Source: a virus. Taken from it: 64,000 nucleotides of DNA. The DNA is taken from IMG/VR virus record IMGVR_UViG_3300009149_000016, positions 32,001 through 96,000 of that record; one strand, given 5' to 3'. This document shows, one piece after another, positions 8,586 to 17,393 of the stretch (positions are counted from its first letter, which is position 1; each line of letters begins with the position of its first letter). A model generated the notes under the pieces. That model was not told where the DNA came from. It did not search any database and saw only the letters and a list, made by a program, of their open reading frames with translations. A program made the translations under genes and the position numbers.

Positions 8586-8892
8586 GGGTTCGATCGTACT
8601 CAGTTTCGAATCGTTTGACAAGTTCAGGAATTTGCATTTGTCTATCTGGACAAATGTCCATGAGTGCCCGAGTGAAAGCAAACCGTAACCTGGCGAGCTT
8701 TTGTTCGTGCTCGGCCTGATCCTGAATCAGCATCGCCACGGCTGTCGAAATCTCATCCAAAGCCGGACCGAGTTGCTCCAAGGTTTTCAGTTCCCCGATT
8801 GCCTTTATGGTTGCGGCGAGATCAGGGGCTTTCTGACTCAGATTCGAAAGCCCTTTTTTTGCCTTTCGGCGGCGGTTTCGTGCTTGGCTCAT
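8443..8892 (-). CDS. Coiled-coil hypothetical protein
   Basis: ATGA overlap with upstream gene; tail overlaps the next ORF. Confidence 0.6.
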   Translation of the reverse strand: MSQARNRRRKAKKGLSNLSQKAPDLAATIKAIGELKTLEQLGPALDEISTAVAMLIQDQAEHEQKLARLRFAFTRALMDICPDRQMQIPELVKRFETEYDRTHAPGVQQKEVEASEPTGGVDEVDAQGDCDGQEPQRPAIAGIAACTGE

Positions 8893-9260
8893 TGTGCAAA
8901 TGGGGGTCGGCCCTTGAAAACCGTGTAGAACGGAATTGAGCCGGGGTCAGTGTTGGCTTTGTGCTGCATCTCGTCACTGGCATTGCCCGTGGGGAGGCGA
9001 GGCACGTTGTGGGCAAGCTCCAAGAGACGAGCATCGGTCGTGACCCGCTTGAGATCGTTGCGGGCAACCTCATCTCGACTCAGGATCTCGCAGACTTGCC
9101 ATTCGTTCAGGGTGTCCAGAAGGCAAACTTGGCCGTCCATCCAAACGTTGTTTTCCTTGTCCCCATCGCAGAGGCTAGCGGGAGGGCCAGCGTTGCAGGG
9201 GTCCTGGGCGCCGCAAGGATTCTGGTCGTCATCGCATGGGTTGCTCATCGTCCGCTCCAT
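8889..9260 (-). CDS. Hypothetical protein
   Basis: 123 aa with Cys-rich N-terminus. Confidence 0.65.
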   Translation of the reverse strand: MERTMSNPCDDDQNPCGAQDPCNAGPPASLCDGDKENNVWMDGQVCLLDTLNEWQVCEILSRDEVARNDLKRVTTDARLLELAHNVPRLPTGNASDEMQHKANTDPGSIPFYTVFKGRPPFAQ

Positions 9261-9484
9261 TTCTCCCCGGTCAACCGGAATATGTAGACTGTAACATGCC
9301 CTTCAAAGCACGTCTGCGTGATCCGACTGAACAGATAAGGCCTGCGCCGCCTCAATTCAACAGAAGCTCGGACTTCAGCACTACATTTGGGACACTTGGG
9401 ATCAGGTATGACGGGTTCGGAAGAATCGATCGCAGAAAGGATCTCATCGTCGGTCAGATCGGGAGAGTCTTCACGCTCGTCCAT
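9245..9484 (-). CDS. Small Zn-ribbon protein
   Basis: CPKC...CFEGH. Confidence 0.6.
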   Translation of the reverse strand: MDEREDSPDLTDDEILSAIDSSEPVIPDPKCPKCSAEVRASVELRRRRPYLFSRITQTCFEGHVTVYIFRLTGEKWSGR

Positions 9485-10334
9485 GGTTCAAAAGGGGAAG
9501 CCTCTTGGTGGTGTCCCGTTTGAGGGGCGAAAGGCTTTCATCGGCACTGTAGCAGTATTGGCAGCCATACGTACAGGCTTCGTTGATCGTGAAGGGCTCG
9601 ACGCAGATGGCGCATCCGCACCCTTCCTTGACGGGCTCCGTCACGGGGGCGAACATGCTGCCATCCTCGCACACGCCGTGGGTGACGTACGTCGTGAGCC
9701 CATTATGTTGGGTCGGACCCGGCAAGGGGGTCGATTCCTCTCGGCAGACCTGCATCACGATGCCGTAGCGCTTGGCAATGGCCGACAGCCGGATCATGAG
9801 CTTGGCTCGTTGCTCCGGGGACCGCTTCTCAGGCATGCGGTCATTCTCCTGCAAGAACGACACGTACACCTTGTTGACGTGCCATTCGAGCCCCTGGGCG
9901 ATCTGTTCGAACCGAGCAACCACTTGCTCATCCGGGATCATGGGTATCGGGCTGAACCGCCACACGACCCGGTCAGGACCGAGAGCGTCCGCAAGCTGGC
10001 GGGTGTGAAAGAGCACCTCCGACAGCGGGGGTACCTTCCACTCAACCTCGTGCCACCCCGTGATCGTCACATGCGCCCGCATGGAGTACCGCTGGCGGTT
10101 GAGCTTGGCCCACTTCGCAAGAGGCTCCGGGTTCTTGGTCCAGAACACGAGCCCGAGTACATCGGCGGGTTGAAGGCTCCAACGATAGGGGAAGGCACTG
10201 CGAGGATCGAAAGCCACCATGTAGCCCTGATCGATTTGTTGCTCGAACCATGCCCACTTGTCCCCCGCACAGATGTCGGTCCACCGGCTCAGACTGTAGG
10301 GTAGGTTCTCCGCTCTGCCCGTCTTCATCTCCAT
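9471..10334 (-). CDS. DUF1848 family (radical-SAM-related) protein
   Basis: SLSRWTDI, VFWTKNP, VVWRFSPI, C-terminal CGCA and CTYGCQYCY; start at ATG 10334, 9 nt after a class-2 motif. Confidence 0.8.
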   Translation of the reverse strand: MEMKTGRAENLPYSLSRWTDICAGDKWAWFEQQIDQGYMVAFDPRSAFPYRWSLQPADVLGLVFWTKNPEPLAKWAKLNRQRYSMRAHVTITGWHEVEWKVPPLSEVLFHTRQLADALGPDRVVWRFSPIPMIPDEQVVARFEQIAQGLEWHVNKVYVSFLQENDRMPEKRSPEQRAKLMIRLSAIAKRYGIVMQVCREESTPLPGPTQHNGLTTYVTHGVCEDGSMFAPVTEPVKEGCGCAICVEPFTINEACTYGCQYCYSADESLSPLKRDTTKRLPLLNHGRA

Positions 10335-10863
10335 GCCCATCGTCTACACCGGCAAGACGGTTCCATATGGTTGGGGCAAAGGGGACCGGTTCCTCACGCT
10401 CAATCTTCGAAAGCTTCATGAAAGCCCGCAGTCCATCGTAGACTTCCAGGTCGTTTTCAACAGCACGTCCGTTGACGAAAATGTCGCCATTCGACTTGAG
10501 CATGATCTGGGCAGGCTCTGGTACCGGCCCACCCATCGGATCGTAATCCATCCCCGCCGTAAAAGTGAGGTTGCCCCCATTGGCATACGCTGGGTCAGCG
10601 ATGGTGCGATGTTCAAGCTCGGCGTCGACGACTTGGATGCTCGACCCTCTGTCGTCGGCCGAATCCAAGAAAATGTTGACTTCCGTTGGCTCAGAATCTG
10701 CTATCCACGTAGAGGAATTCGTAAACGGGGAGGCGGGATGCTCGGCTGGGACTTGCGCCGCTTCACGCTGGCGGATCTCGGCTTCCGTCTCCTCAGGATT
10801 CCAGAATGAGGAAAGCATTTCCCTCTCATCAACGTGGTGTAGATCAGAAGGGTCGTCAGGCAT
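10042..10863 (-). CDS. Hypothetical protein containing APTIWNRL
   Basis: Class-2 motif 9 nt upstream; last ~95 codons overlap DUF1848 in another frame. Confidence 0.65.
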   Translation of the reverse strand: MPDDPSDLHHVDEREMLSSFWNPEETEAEIRQREAAQVPAEHPASPFTNSSTWIADSEPTEVNIFLDSADDRGSSIQVVDAELEHRTIADPAYANGGNLTFTAGMDYDPMGGPVPEPAQIMLKSNGDIFVNGRAVENDLEVYDGLRAFMKLSKIEREEPVPFAPTIWNRLAGVDDGHGDEDGQSGEPTLQSEPVDRHLCGGQVGMVRATNRSGLHGGFRSSQCLPLSLEPSTRRCTRARVLDQEPGASCEVGQAQPPAVLHAGACDDHGVARG

Positions 10864-10886
10864 TGTGAGATTCTACACCAAGTTGG

Positions 10887-10915
10887 TTGATCGAGGCCAC
10901 CCCAGCACCTTAGAA
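10887..10915 (+). promoter_or_regulatory. Class-1 promoter-like motif TTGATC-N17-TTAGAA
   Basis: Repeat copy; back-to-back with a divergent class-2 motif at 10873-10879. Confidence 0.7.
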
Positions 10916-10943
10916 GGGGCACACACCAACCCCGGAGACTGAC

Positions 10944-11456
10944 ATGGGCTTTTTCTCGTACAATTGCAAATGCTGCGGACACTCACTCATCTCCCAGTCG
11001 GCTTCCTGCGCTGTGACTGCATGGATGGTCGAAGCCGTTGCGATTGAAGCGAATGGCTCCGTGCTCGTGGGCGAGTATGACGGCTACGGACGCATTGGCG
11101 ACCATGAGATCGACGCCTACGGTGAAGGCCCCGTGGCCTATCACAAGGAGTGCTGGGACCACGCAGGACGCCCTACGAACGACCTGACGCCCAGTGAGCA
11201 CGCAGGCGACCAAGGGTTCTTCTTCAACGACGGCGACCACGACATGGCGCCCCCCTCCTGCGAGGATCCCGAGACTTACATCACCGAGAAGCGGATCGAG
11301 CGCACCACGCGCCGCCAAGCCGCCGAGCTTTGCCAGGTGAACAACTGGTTCGAAGAAGCCTGGTACGCCCTCTGCAAGTATCCCGAGGACGAGCCCACCT
11401 GGCTTGAGGACGAGCACAAGCGTGCGGTCAGGCGCTCGGAGTACGGAGACATATGA
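10944..11456 (+). CDS. Cys/His-rich phage hypothetical protein
   Basis: MGFFSYNCKCCGHS...GEYDGYGR...HKECW...DQGFF; GGAGA RBS. Confidence 0.8.
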   Translation: MGFFSYNCKCCGHSLISQSASCAVTAWMVEAVAIEANGSVLVGEYDGYGRIGDHEIDAYGEGPVAYHKECWDHAGRPTNDLTPSEHAGDQGFFFNDGDHDMAPPSCEDPETYITEKRIERTTRRQAAELCQVNNWFEEAWYALCKYPEDEPTWLEDEHKRAVRRSEYGDI

Positions 11457-11815
11457 GCAAGCCCCTCCCCGCCAAGTGGTACGACAAGGCCCCCCGCCTC
11501 GCAACCATTGCCAAGTGGATCAACGCGAACACAACCCTACACGCATGGATCGAGGAAGGATTCTGCGACACGGACCGCAAGTACAAGGGGTCTCGAATCC
11601 GGTTCCCGGGCAAGGGTCGAACCGGCAATCACCTGTTTGTGACCACCGAAAGGGTTTCCCGCCATGCGATGACCCGGGCGGAATTCTACAAGTTCGAAGT
11701 CATCTCCCACAACGCCGCCGAAACCTACCGGTCCAATGACGAAGTGGTCACGAGCCTCGACCACTACTTGAAAAAGAACCCGAAGCGGTTGATTGCGACC
11801 AAGCCCACGCCTTAG
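11453..11815 (+). CDS. Hypothetical protein
   Basis: ATGA overlap; 120 aa. Confidence 0.75.
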   Translation: MSKPLPAKWYDKAPRLATIAKWINANTTLHAWIEEGFCDTDRKYKGSRIRFPGKGRTGNHLFVTTERVSRHAMTRAEFYKFEVISHNAAETYRSNDEVVTSLDHYLKKNPKRLIATKPTP

Positions 11816-11817
11816 AA
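11789..11817 (+). promoter_or_regulatory. Class-1 promoter-like motif TTGATT-N17-TTAGAA
   Basis: Repeat copy; ATG 8 nt downstream. Confidence 0.7.
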
Positions 11818-11825
11818 GGGGCACA

Positions 11826-12206
11826 ATGAGAGCCATCAACAAAAAAGCCGCCGCCATCCTCTCCTCAATCGTCGAAGGCATGGAGCCCGGCACCAGCAAG
11901 AAGATTGACAACACGGGCGGCACGTTCATGCCCCTGTCCGTCGAGCGCCTCACCGAGGACCGATACTCGATGGCGCACTACTTCACGCAGAATGGTGACT
12001 TGTGCGCCGACCCGGACATGGAGTTCTGGCGTGGACCCGATGGCAAGTTCTACCCCATCGCCATCCAACAGATCTACGGCTACCAGGTCGCGATGACCTT
12101 CGGAGCCGATGACAAGCCTTCCGGCACGTACCCCCGTGCCCAGCGCGAGCAAGCGGTCTTCGCCGCTCAGTGGCTCGACAACATCAAGAGTCAACAGGGG
12201 CTCTGA
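11826..12206 (+). CDS. DUF6908/DUF1249-like protein
   Basis: FMPLSVE...YSMAHYFTQNGDLCADPDMEF...WLDNIKSQ pattern (from recall). Confidence 0.7.
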   Translation: MRAINKKAAAILSSIVEGMEPGTSKKIDNTGGTFMPLSVERLTEDRYSMAHYFTQNGDLCADPDMEFWRGPDGKFYPIAIQQIYGYQVAMTFGADDKPSGTYPRAQREQAVFAAQWLDNIKSQQGL

Positions 12207-12209
12207 GAG

Positions 12210-13439
12210 CTACTTGTCGGTCTTCTTACGGGGCTCGTGCCGCCAGGCCGAGCCCTCTACTTTGTCAGCAAGACTTGCACAGAACGCGCCGGGGTCGTCG
12301 ATCTTGCCTTCCATCTTTTTGATGCAGGCGGTGACCTTGTGCTTGTTGTCGCCCGTGAGCTTGCCCCAGAACTTTTTGACGCTCTCATCCGTCCAGCCCT
12401 TCGGCAGCTTGTTCCACTTGCCAGCCTCTACGGTCACCAAGTCGCTTCCGAACACCAGGGAGGCCCGAACGCACCGGATGCTGTTGGAAGCCATCTTCTC
12501 GGCGCACTTGGGGCAGATCTCGGCCATCATCTTCTGATCGACCCAGAAGTCCGACAACGGCTGCGAACCGATGTGCTCGGCTGCGACCCGAAGGGTCATG
12601 TCGGAAGCGGTCTTGTTTTCTTTTCTGAGGTGGTCAAACAGTGCGCCCATGGCGTATTTCTCCCGTGGGGCAATTTCATTCCACATCTCGTCAACGACGT
12701 CTTTGATTGCCCAATCGATCTCTTGCGGCTGGTTTTCGACGTCAAGCCCCTGGTCCGTCAGGTACTTCCAGACCTTGTCGTAGGAGAATTCGCTCCCCCG
12801 GCCTGTCAACTTCGCCATGATGTGGCTGATCGCCTGGCGCTCCGGGGTCCAAAGGTCAGACATCGACGGGTCTACTTTGAAGTCGAACGGAAAGACCCCT
12901 CGACGAACGTTGTCGATGGCTCGTTCCAGGTCGCGCCGGATGAATTTGTCGAAGTAGTAGCGAACCTGAACCTCGATCTCCCGGGTCCAATCGTCCTTGT
13001 TCTCTTCAATGGAATCTTGGAGGCTTTTGAGAACCTTGTCTGCAAGCTTGCGCATGAAGCGCTCAATCCGGCGAAACGTCTTGTTGTCAACCCGGTTGAT
13101 CTGTCCCTTGCGGTCAAGCTGGACAATCTTGGCTGACATCTGGTTCGCTCGGCCGTAGACCTTTTCGTTGCCGTCGGTCGCACGCCACATGGCGACCATC
13201 TTGCGTTCCGTGTCGTAAACCCAAAGGTACTTCCACTTGTTGCCGGAAGGGAGCTTGATCAACCGTGCGCCGCCAGGTACCTCTTCCTCATCCCCTAAGG
13301 CATCCATGAGGGGACCAGCATCGGTCGAGAGGTTATAGGTCTCACCATCGATCTTGACGGTGGGCACACCCGGCTTGCGTTGCAGCGGGATCACATCACC
13401 AGAAAAGCGTTGAACGATTCTTTGTACCAAGGGATCCAT
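12210..13439 (-). CDS. Two-module hypothetical protein with tags LVQRIVQRF and TLRVAAEH
   Basis: Start at ATG 13439 after AAGGGG; C-terminal Cys-containing module (CPKC, AFCASL). Confidence 0.75.
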   Translation of the reverse strand: MDPLVQRIVQRFSGDVIPLQRKPGVPTVKIDGETYNLSTDAGPLMDALGDEEEVPGGARLIKLPSGNKWKYLWVYDTERKMVAMWRATDGNEKVYGRANQMSAKIVQLDRKGQINRVDNKTFRRIERFMRKLADKVLKSLQDSIEENKDDWTREIEVQVRYYFDKFIRRDLERAIDNVRRGVFPFDFKVDPSMSDLWTPERQAISHIMAKLTGRGSEFSYDKVWKYLTDQGLDVENQPQEIDWAIKDVVDEMWNEIAPREKYAMGALFDHLRKENKTASDMTLRVAAEHIGSQPLSDFWVDQKMMAEICPKCAEKMASNSIRCVRASLVFGSDLVTVEAGKWNKLPKGWTDESVKKFWGKLTGDNKHKVTACIKKMEGKIDDPGAFCASLADKVEGSAWRHEPRKKTDK

Positions 13440-13464
13440 CACCCCTTGTTGAACCATCAAAAGT

Positions 13465-13860
13465 CTAGTTGTCGATGAGTTGGGCAAGCTCAGCGTAGGT
13501 TTCCGAAAGGGTACGAAAACACTTCGCCATCTTCGCGTGCTTTTGCTGTGACGGGGCGGGTGTCCCGGGCCTCGAAAAGTGCTCTTTGATTCGGTTGGTG
13601 TCCTCGGTGCACATGCAGAAGCTCTCGATTTGGTCCCAAAGCGTCAAGCCCGAGCCTGTTTGCATGGTGCGCTCTAGAATTCCAAGGGTGACGGCAACAT
13701 CTCGCACCCGACGCCGCCGTTCTTTTGTTGAAAGCCGTTGAGCCCCTAAAATCCGGTCGTATTCGTTCCGACGGATGGGCCGTCCAAGGATACTTCCGAG
13801 CTTGAGCATGATTTCCATACCAAGCTTCCGGTAGTTGTAGTGCTGTTGTTTCGTCGGCAT
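13465..13860 (-). CDS. Basic hypothetical protein
   Basis: ATG 13860 is 8 nt after a class-2 motif (13869-13875). Confidence 0.65.
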   Translation of the reverse strand: MPTKQQHYNYRKLGMEIMLKLGSILGRPIRRNEYDRILGAQRLSTKERRRRVRDVAVTLGILERTMQTGSGLTLWDQIESFCMCTEDTNRIKEHFSRPGTPAPSQQKHAKMAKCFRTLSETYAELAQLIDN

Positions 13861-13868
13861 GGGAAGAC

Positions 13869-14306
13869 CTACACCATCCGGCCGTCTTTCGGGTACCACA
13901 GGCGAGGCATGAGACGACGCAAGGTCAGGATGGTCGAATCACGAGCAGTTCCGTTGAGAGTGAACCGGGATGGGCGTCGCGCATTTCTAACCACCGCATG
14001 GGGTTGGTTCATCCGCTCCGTGTAGTCGAGCCACGCCTCCCACGCTTGCTGGGGCGTGAAGTGTGACGGCACGTTGAACTCGATTCCCCGTTTCGAAAGC
14101 CACACTTCCCAGTTCGGACGCTCCCAGACCCAGTAGCGGCGATGCCCCAAGACAAGGCACTGGGTTTGACGCCCGAGCCAATGCCTGTGGGCATCTACGA
14201 GCCGCCCTCCCTCATCAGAAAGGGCAAACGAGAATCTCAGGTAGTCTTTAGCGAATTCAGGCCCGAACAGGTCTGATTGACTCACGATGTTGAGGATGGG
14301 GACCAT
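13869..14306 (-). CDS. Hypothetical protein
   Basis: Start at ATG 14306, just after the RNA ligase stop. Confidence 0.55.
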   Translation of the reverse strand: MVPILNIVSQSDLFGPEFAKDYLRFSFALSDEGGRLVDAHRHWLGRQTQCLVLGHRRYWVWERPNWEVWLSKRGIEFNVPSHFTPQQAWEAWLDYTERMNQPHAVVRNARRPSRFTLNGTARDSTILTLRRLMPRLWYPKDGRMV

Positions 14307-14307
14307 G

Positions 14308-15171
14308 TTACTGAGCTTGTAGTTTCGCTTGGAAGTATTTCTTGAACAGCTTTGCTGTCGTCGAACCAATGGCTTTTCGAGCCTCCTTGCTATCGACGAT
14401 CTCCCCTGCACCCTCGCGCAAGACATCCTCCGTCATCGCTTGGATGACTTCTTTGGTCCGTTCCATCCCGATGTCGCCCTCGATCTTGTCCAGGACATGC
14501 TCAAGGCGAGTCGGAGTCACCCACTCATCGGCGATGGCTTGCGCTTCCTCCAACACCTTGAGCTTTTCCGGGTCGACTACCTGGCGAGGCGTATTGGTCT
14601 CCCGCTCCTCATCTCGCTTGTGCTTCGAAAGGACACGCTCCCCCCGGTGGTCTCGGTATTCCGTCAACGGACGAAGCACGACACCTTCACGGGGTTGAGG
14701 TTCTTCAATCCCATTGCGAACCGCTTGAACACTCGGCGCATCCCGCTGCTTGTCGATCTCTTCCACGGTGGCCGCAATCCGCTCATAGTGGACGAATTCC
14801 AAGCTAAGTTTGGTCGCAACATTATGGGCGTTTTCGACGGACAGCCACGTGTCATCGATCTTGACCTCAAAGGCAGCGAACTTCAGATCCTTGCCGTATC
14901 TCCAGGTCTGCTTTTGCTGACTCCCACCATACGCTTCGCCGTAGACAACCACGGTCGGATGACCCAGCGCCTCGAAGGCTTTCACAAGCGCAGCCTCATC
15001 GAACAGCGACCGAAAGCGTTCCGCCTTCGCGCCGCCCGACGAGAATTGCAACTTGCCATCCCGCCATTGGATGCTGGTTGACGTCCCATGGAGCTTTTCC
15101 AAGGCAAAGCATTCCTTGAAGGCTAGGATTCCCTGGTTCTTATAGAGGTTCTCGATGTGTCGGTAGCCCAT
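14308..15171 (-). CDS. RNA ligase, Rnl2-like
   Basis: Nucleotidyltransferase motifs EKLHGTS (I), VYGEAYG (III), AFEV (IIIa), EGVVLRP (IV), SKHK (V). Confidence 0.85.
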   Translation of the reverse strand: MGYRHIENLYKNQGILAFKECFALEKLHGTSTSIQWRDGKLQFSSGGAKAERFRSLFDEAALVKAFEALGHPTVVVYGEAYGGSQQKQTWRYGKDLKFAAFEVKIDDTWLSVENAHNVATKLSLEFVHYERIAATVEEIDKQRDAPSVQAVRNGIEEPQPREGVVLRPLTEYRDHRGERVLSKHKRDEERETNTPRQVVDPEKLKVLEEAQAIADEWVTPTRLEHVLDKIEGDIGMERTKEVIQAMTEDVLREGAGEIVDSKEARKAIGSTTAKLFKKYFQAKLQAQ

Positions 15172-15177
15172 TTGATC

Positions 15178-15363
15178 TCATCTTTCGTTGCAGAAAGGAA
15201 TCTTCTTCCGCTCCATCTCGGCCTTGGCCTGGCAAGAGATACACCAGGCCACTTCAGGCCAGTTGGCTCGGCTTTTTTGACAGGTGGTGCCCTGCATCAT
15301 GCAAGGCTTCTTTCCAAGCTCTAGAAGCTTCGCATAGGGCAGGGCTTCGAGGGGGCGTTTCAT
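15178..15363 (-). CDS. Small Cys-containing protein
   Basis: 61 aa, ATGA-coupled to clpX; C..C..CISC. Confidence 0.55.
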   Translation of the reverse strand: MKRPLEALPYAKLLELGKKPCMMQGTTCQKSRANWPEVAWCISCQAKAEMERKKIPFCNER

Positions 15364-16622
15364 CCCTTGGCCTGCTTTTTCTCCTCTTGCTGGATCGCTT
15401 CATCGATCCGGGCTTCGGCCCCCTCGACCACCAACTCAGTAACGTGGATCGCCTTCATGTCGGGGTCAGAGGGCGCGTCGAACATGTAGGGCTCCAAGAT
15501 AGCCTCAACGATCCCTCGGAGCGCTCTTGCCCCCGTGGGCTTCTCGCAAGCCTTGCGAGCGATGGCATGCAGGGCATCATCGTCGAACGAAAGGGCAACC
15601 TCATCGATCGTGAACAGCGCTTCGAACTGCTTGACCAGGGCGTTCTTGGGTTCGGTCAGGATACGCACCATCTCATCCTCGGTCAGGGGAAGCGTGCTGG
15701 TGATCACCGGCAGCCGGCCGAGAAGCTCAGGGATCAGACCAAAGTCGAGGATATCATCCTCGGTAATGTTGCCGTAAACCTCATCGGCCTTGATCCTGTT
15801 GGGCTGCCCCCCGCCGAATCCGAGCCGGGCGCCCTTGTTCCGGCGCTCGCCCACGACTTCCTCGATCCCGGCGAACGATCCCGAACAGATGAACAGGATG
15901 TTGGTTGTGTCGATCATGTCGGAAGTACCCATCCCGATCTTCGAACCCATCCCACGAGGCACGGGCACAACCCCACCCTCGACAAGCTTCAGAAGGGCTT
16001 GCTGGACGCCTTCACCGGACACATCTCGGTACCCCGTCGCTCCCCGCCCGCTCTTGCGGGTGAGCTTGTCGATCTCGTCCACGAAGATGACGCCCCACTC
16101 GGCGCGCTCGATATCCCCATCGGCGTCCTGAATGAGCCCCTGAAGCATCGTCTCGACGTCATCACCGACGTAGCCAGCTTGCGTCATGCGCGTCGCATCC
16201 GACACGTAGAAGGGCAGCTTGAGCATACGTGCCACCGACCGAGCGATGTGGGTCTTGCCGGTACCCGACGGGCCCATGAGCAAGATGTTGGACTTGTCGA
16301 TTTCGATATCGCCCGCAATCCCGTCCTTGACTACGCCACGTCGTTTGAAGTGGTTGTAGACCGCAATGGCAATCGCTCGCTTGGCACGGTCTTGGCCGAT
16401 CACATGCTCGCTGAGGATCTTGAAGATCTCACGGGGCTTGAGAAGGATGTCATCCCCGCCCTGTTCCGCAGCTTCCTTGTTGCGGTTGGTGATCGCCTTG
16501 ACGGCAGAATCAATGCAGCGGTTGCAAATGAAGGGTCCTTCGTCACCACCCGAGATGATGTGCTTCACCTCGTTGGAAGGGCGACCGCAGAAGGAGCAGA
16601 CTTGACGCTTGGCTCTGGGCAT
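15360..16622 (-). CDS. clpX: ATP-dependent Clp protease ATPase subunit ClpX
   Basis: CSFCG...ICNRC zinc domain, VIGQ, AVYNHFKR, GPSGTGKT, GYVGDDVE, VDEIDK, RDVSGEGVQQALLK, LGF loop, TGARALR. Confidence 0.95.
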   Translation of the reverse strand: MPRAKRQVCSFCGRPSNEVKHIISGGDEGPFICNRCIDSAVKAITNRNKEAAEQGGDDILLKPREIFKILSEHVIGQDRAKRAIAIAVYNHFKRRGVVKDGIAGDIEIDKSNILLMGPSGTGKTHIARSVARMLKLPFYVSDATRMTQAGYVGDDVETMLQGLIQDADGDIERAEWGVIFVDEIDKLTRKSGRGATGYRDVSGEGVQQALLKLVEGGVVPVPRGMGSKIGMGTSDMIDTTNILFICSGSFAGIEEVVGERRNKGARLGFGGGQPNRIKADEVYGNITEDDILDFGLIPELLGRLPVITSTLPLTEDEMVRILTEPKNALVKQFEALFTIDEVALSFDDDALHAIARKACEKPTGARALRGIVEAILEPYMFDAPSDPDMKAIHVTELVVEGAEARIDEAIQQEEKKQAKG

Positions 16623-16658
16623 GCCTCAATCTACACCGGCACGGAGCCGGGAGCGAGG

Positions 16659-17393
16659 CTAGATCTCACCCATCACGAAGCAAGGCTCACTCCACTTGAG
16701 ACCTTCACATTCGACCAATCCGTGCGGATGAATCACGCACACGCCACCTTCCCCGAAATTGTTGGGAAGCTCTTTGCCATATCGGTTGGCAACGACCAAC
16801 ACACACTTATTGTCCTTGGCGAATTCCATCCATGTAACGGCAGGAAAACCCCCATCGCCCCAGTTGGCACTCATCGCCACGATATCCGCATCCCCGGGAT
16901 CGTAGAAGTAAGACCCTTTCTCGGTGGCCTTGTCTCGAATGTCCCGACAGATCAACAACCCCATCTTCAGCATCCGCTTGCCGTCAAGGATATGGATCAC
17001 GGGAGGATTGTCGAAACCAGGATCAGCCCAAAGAAAGTCGTTCCCCCACCGGTTGATCTTGTTGTAGCTCTGGTAGTAGCCCCCCGGCGTCACCAGCACT
17101 TGGCTATTGAACAGATGATCGTCGACATGGGAGACCATTCCCCACACGATATCCACGTTATATCGCCGAGCGACTTCCATCATGACCTTGAGCGTTGGCC
17201 CAGTGCTGATGTTCTCGGAGAGCTTCCAGGCGTCTTCCTTGTTCATGATGGAATAGCCCGTCGTGCAAAGCTCTGGTAGCACCACTAGCCTCGCGCCCGC
17301 TTTGGCAGCATCGACCACCAGCCGGGCTGCTTGTAGCAGGTTGACCTCTTTTTTTCCAAAGACGGGCTGAAACTGAACGGCTGCAACCTTCAT
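16659..17393 (-). CDS. Carbon-nitrogen hydrolase (nitrilase superfamily)
   Basis: VAAVQF, VLPELCTTGY (E), YNKI (K), LLICRD (C), VANRYG. Confidence 0.9.
   Translation of the reverse strand: MKVAAVQFQPVFGKKEVNLLQAARLVVDAAKAGARLVVLPELCTTGYSIMNKEDAWKLSENISTGPTLKVMMEVARRYNVDIVWGMVSHVDDHLFNSQVLVTPGGYYQSYNKINRWGNDFLWADPGFDNPPVIHILDGKRMLKMGLLICRDIRDKATEKGSYFYDPGDADIVAMSANWGDGGFPAVTWMEFAKDNKCVLVVANRYGKELPNNFGEGGVCVIHPHGLVECEGLKWSEPCFVMGEI

Noticed and set aside
10042-10334. Dual-coding overlap of the 10042-10863 tail with DUF1848 (similarly 8443-8585)
   Set aside because: The tail sequence looks like an off-frame translation; most likely a late stop without function
15387-17279. 630-aa plus-strand ORF, and similar long antisense ORFs (e.g. 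26375-28123, 18664-19881, 45871-47235)
   Set aside because: Shadow ORFs opposite well-supported genes; expected from high-GC codon bias, with no motifs or RBS
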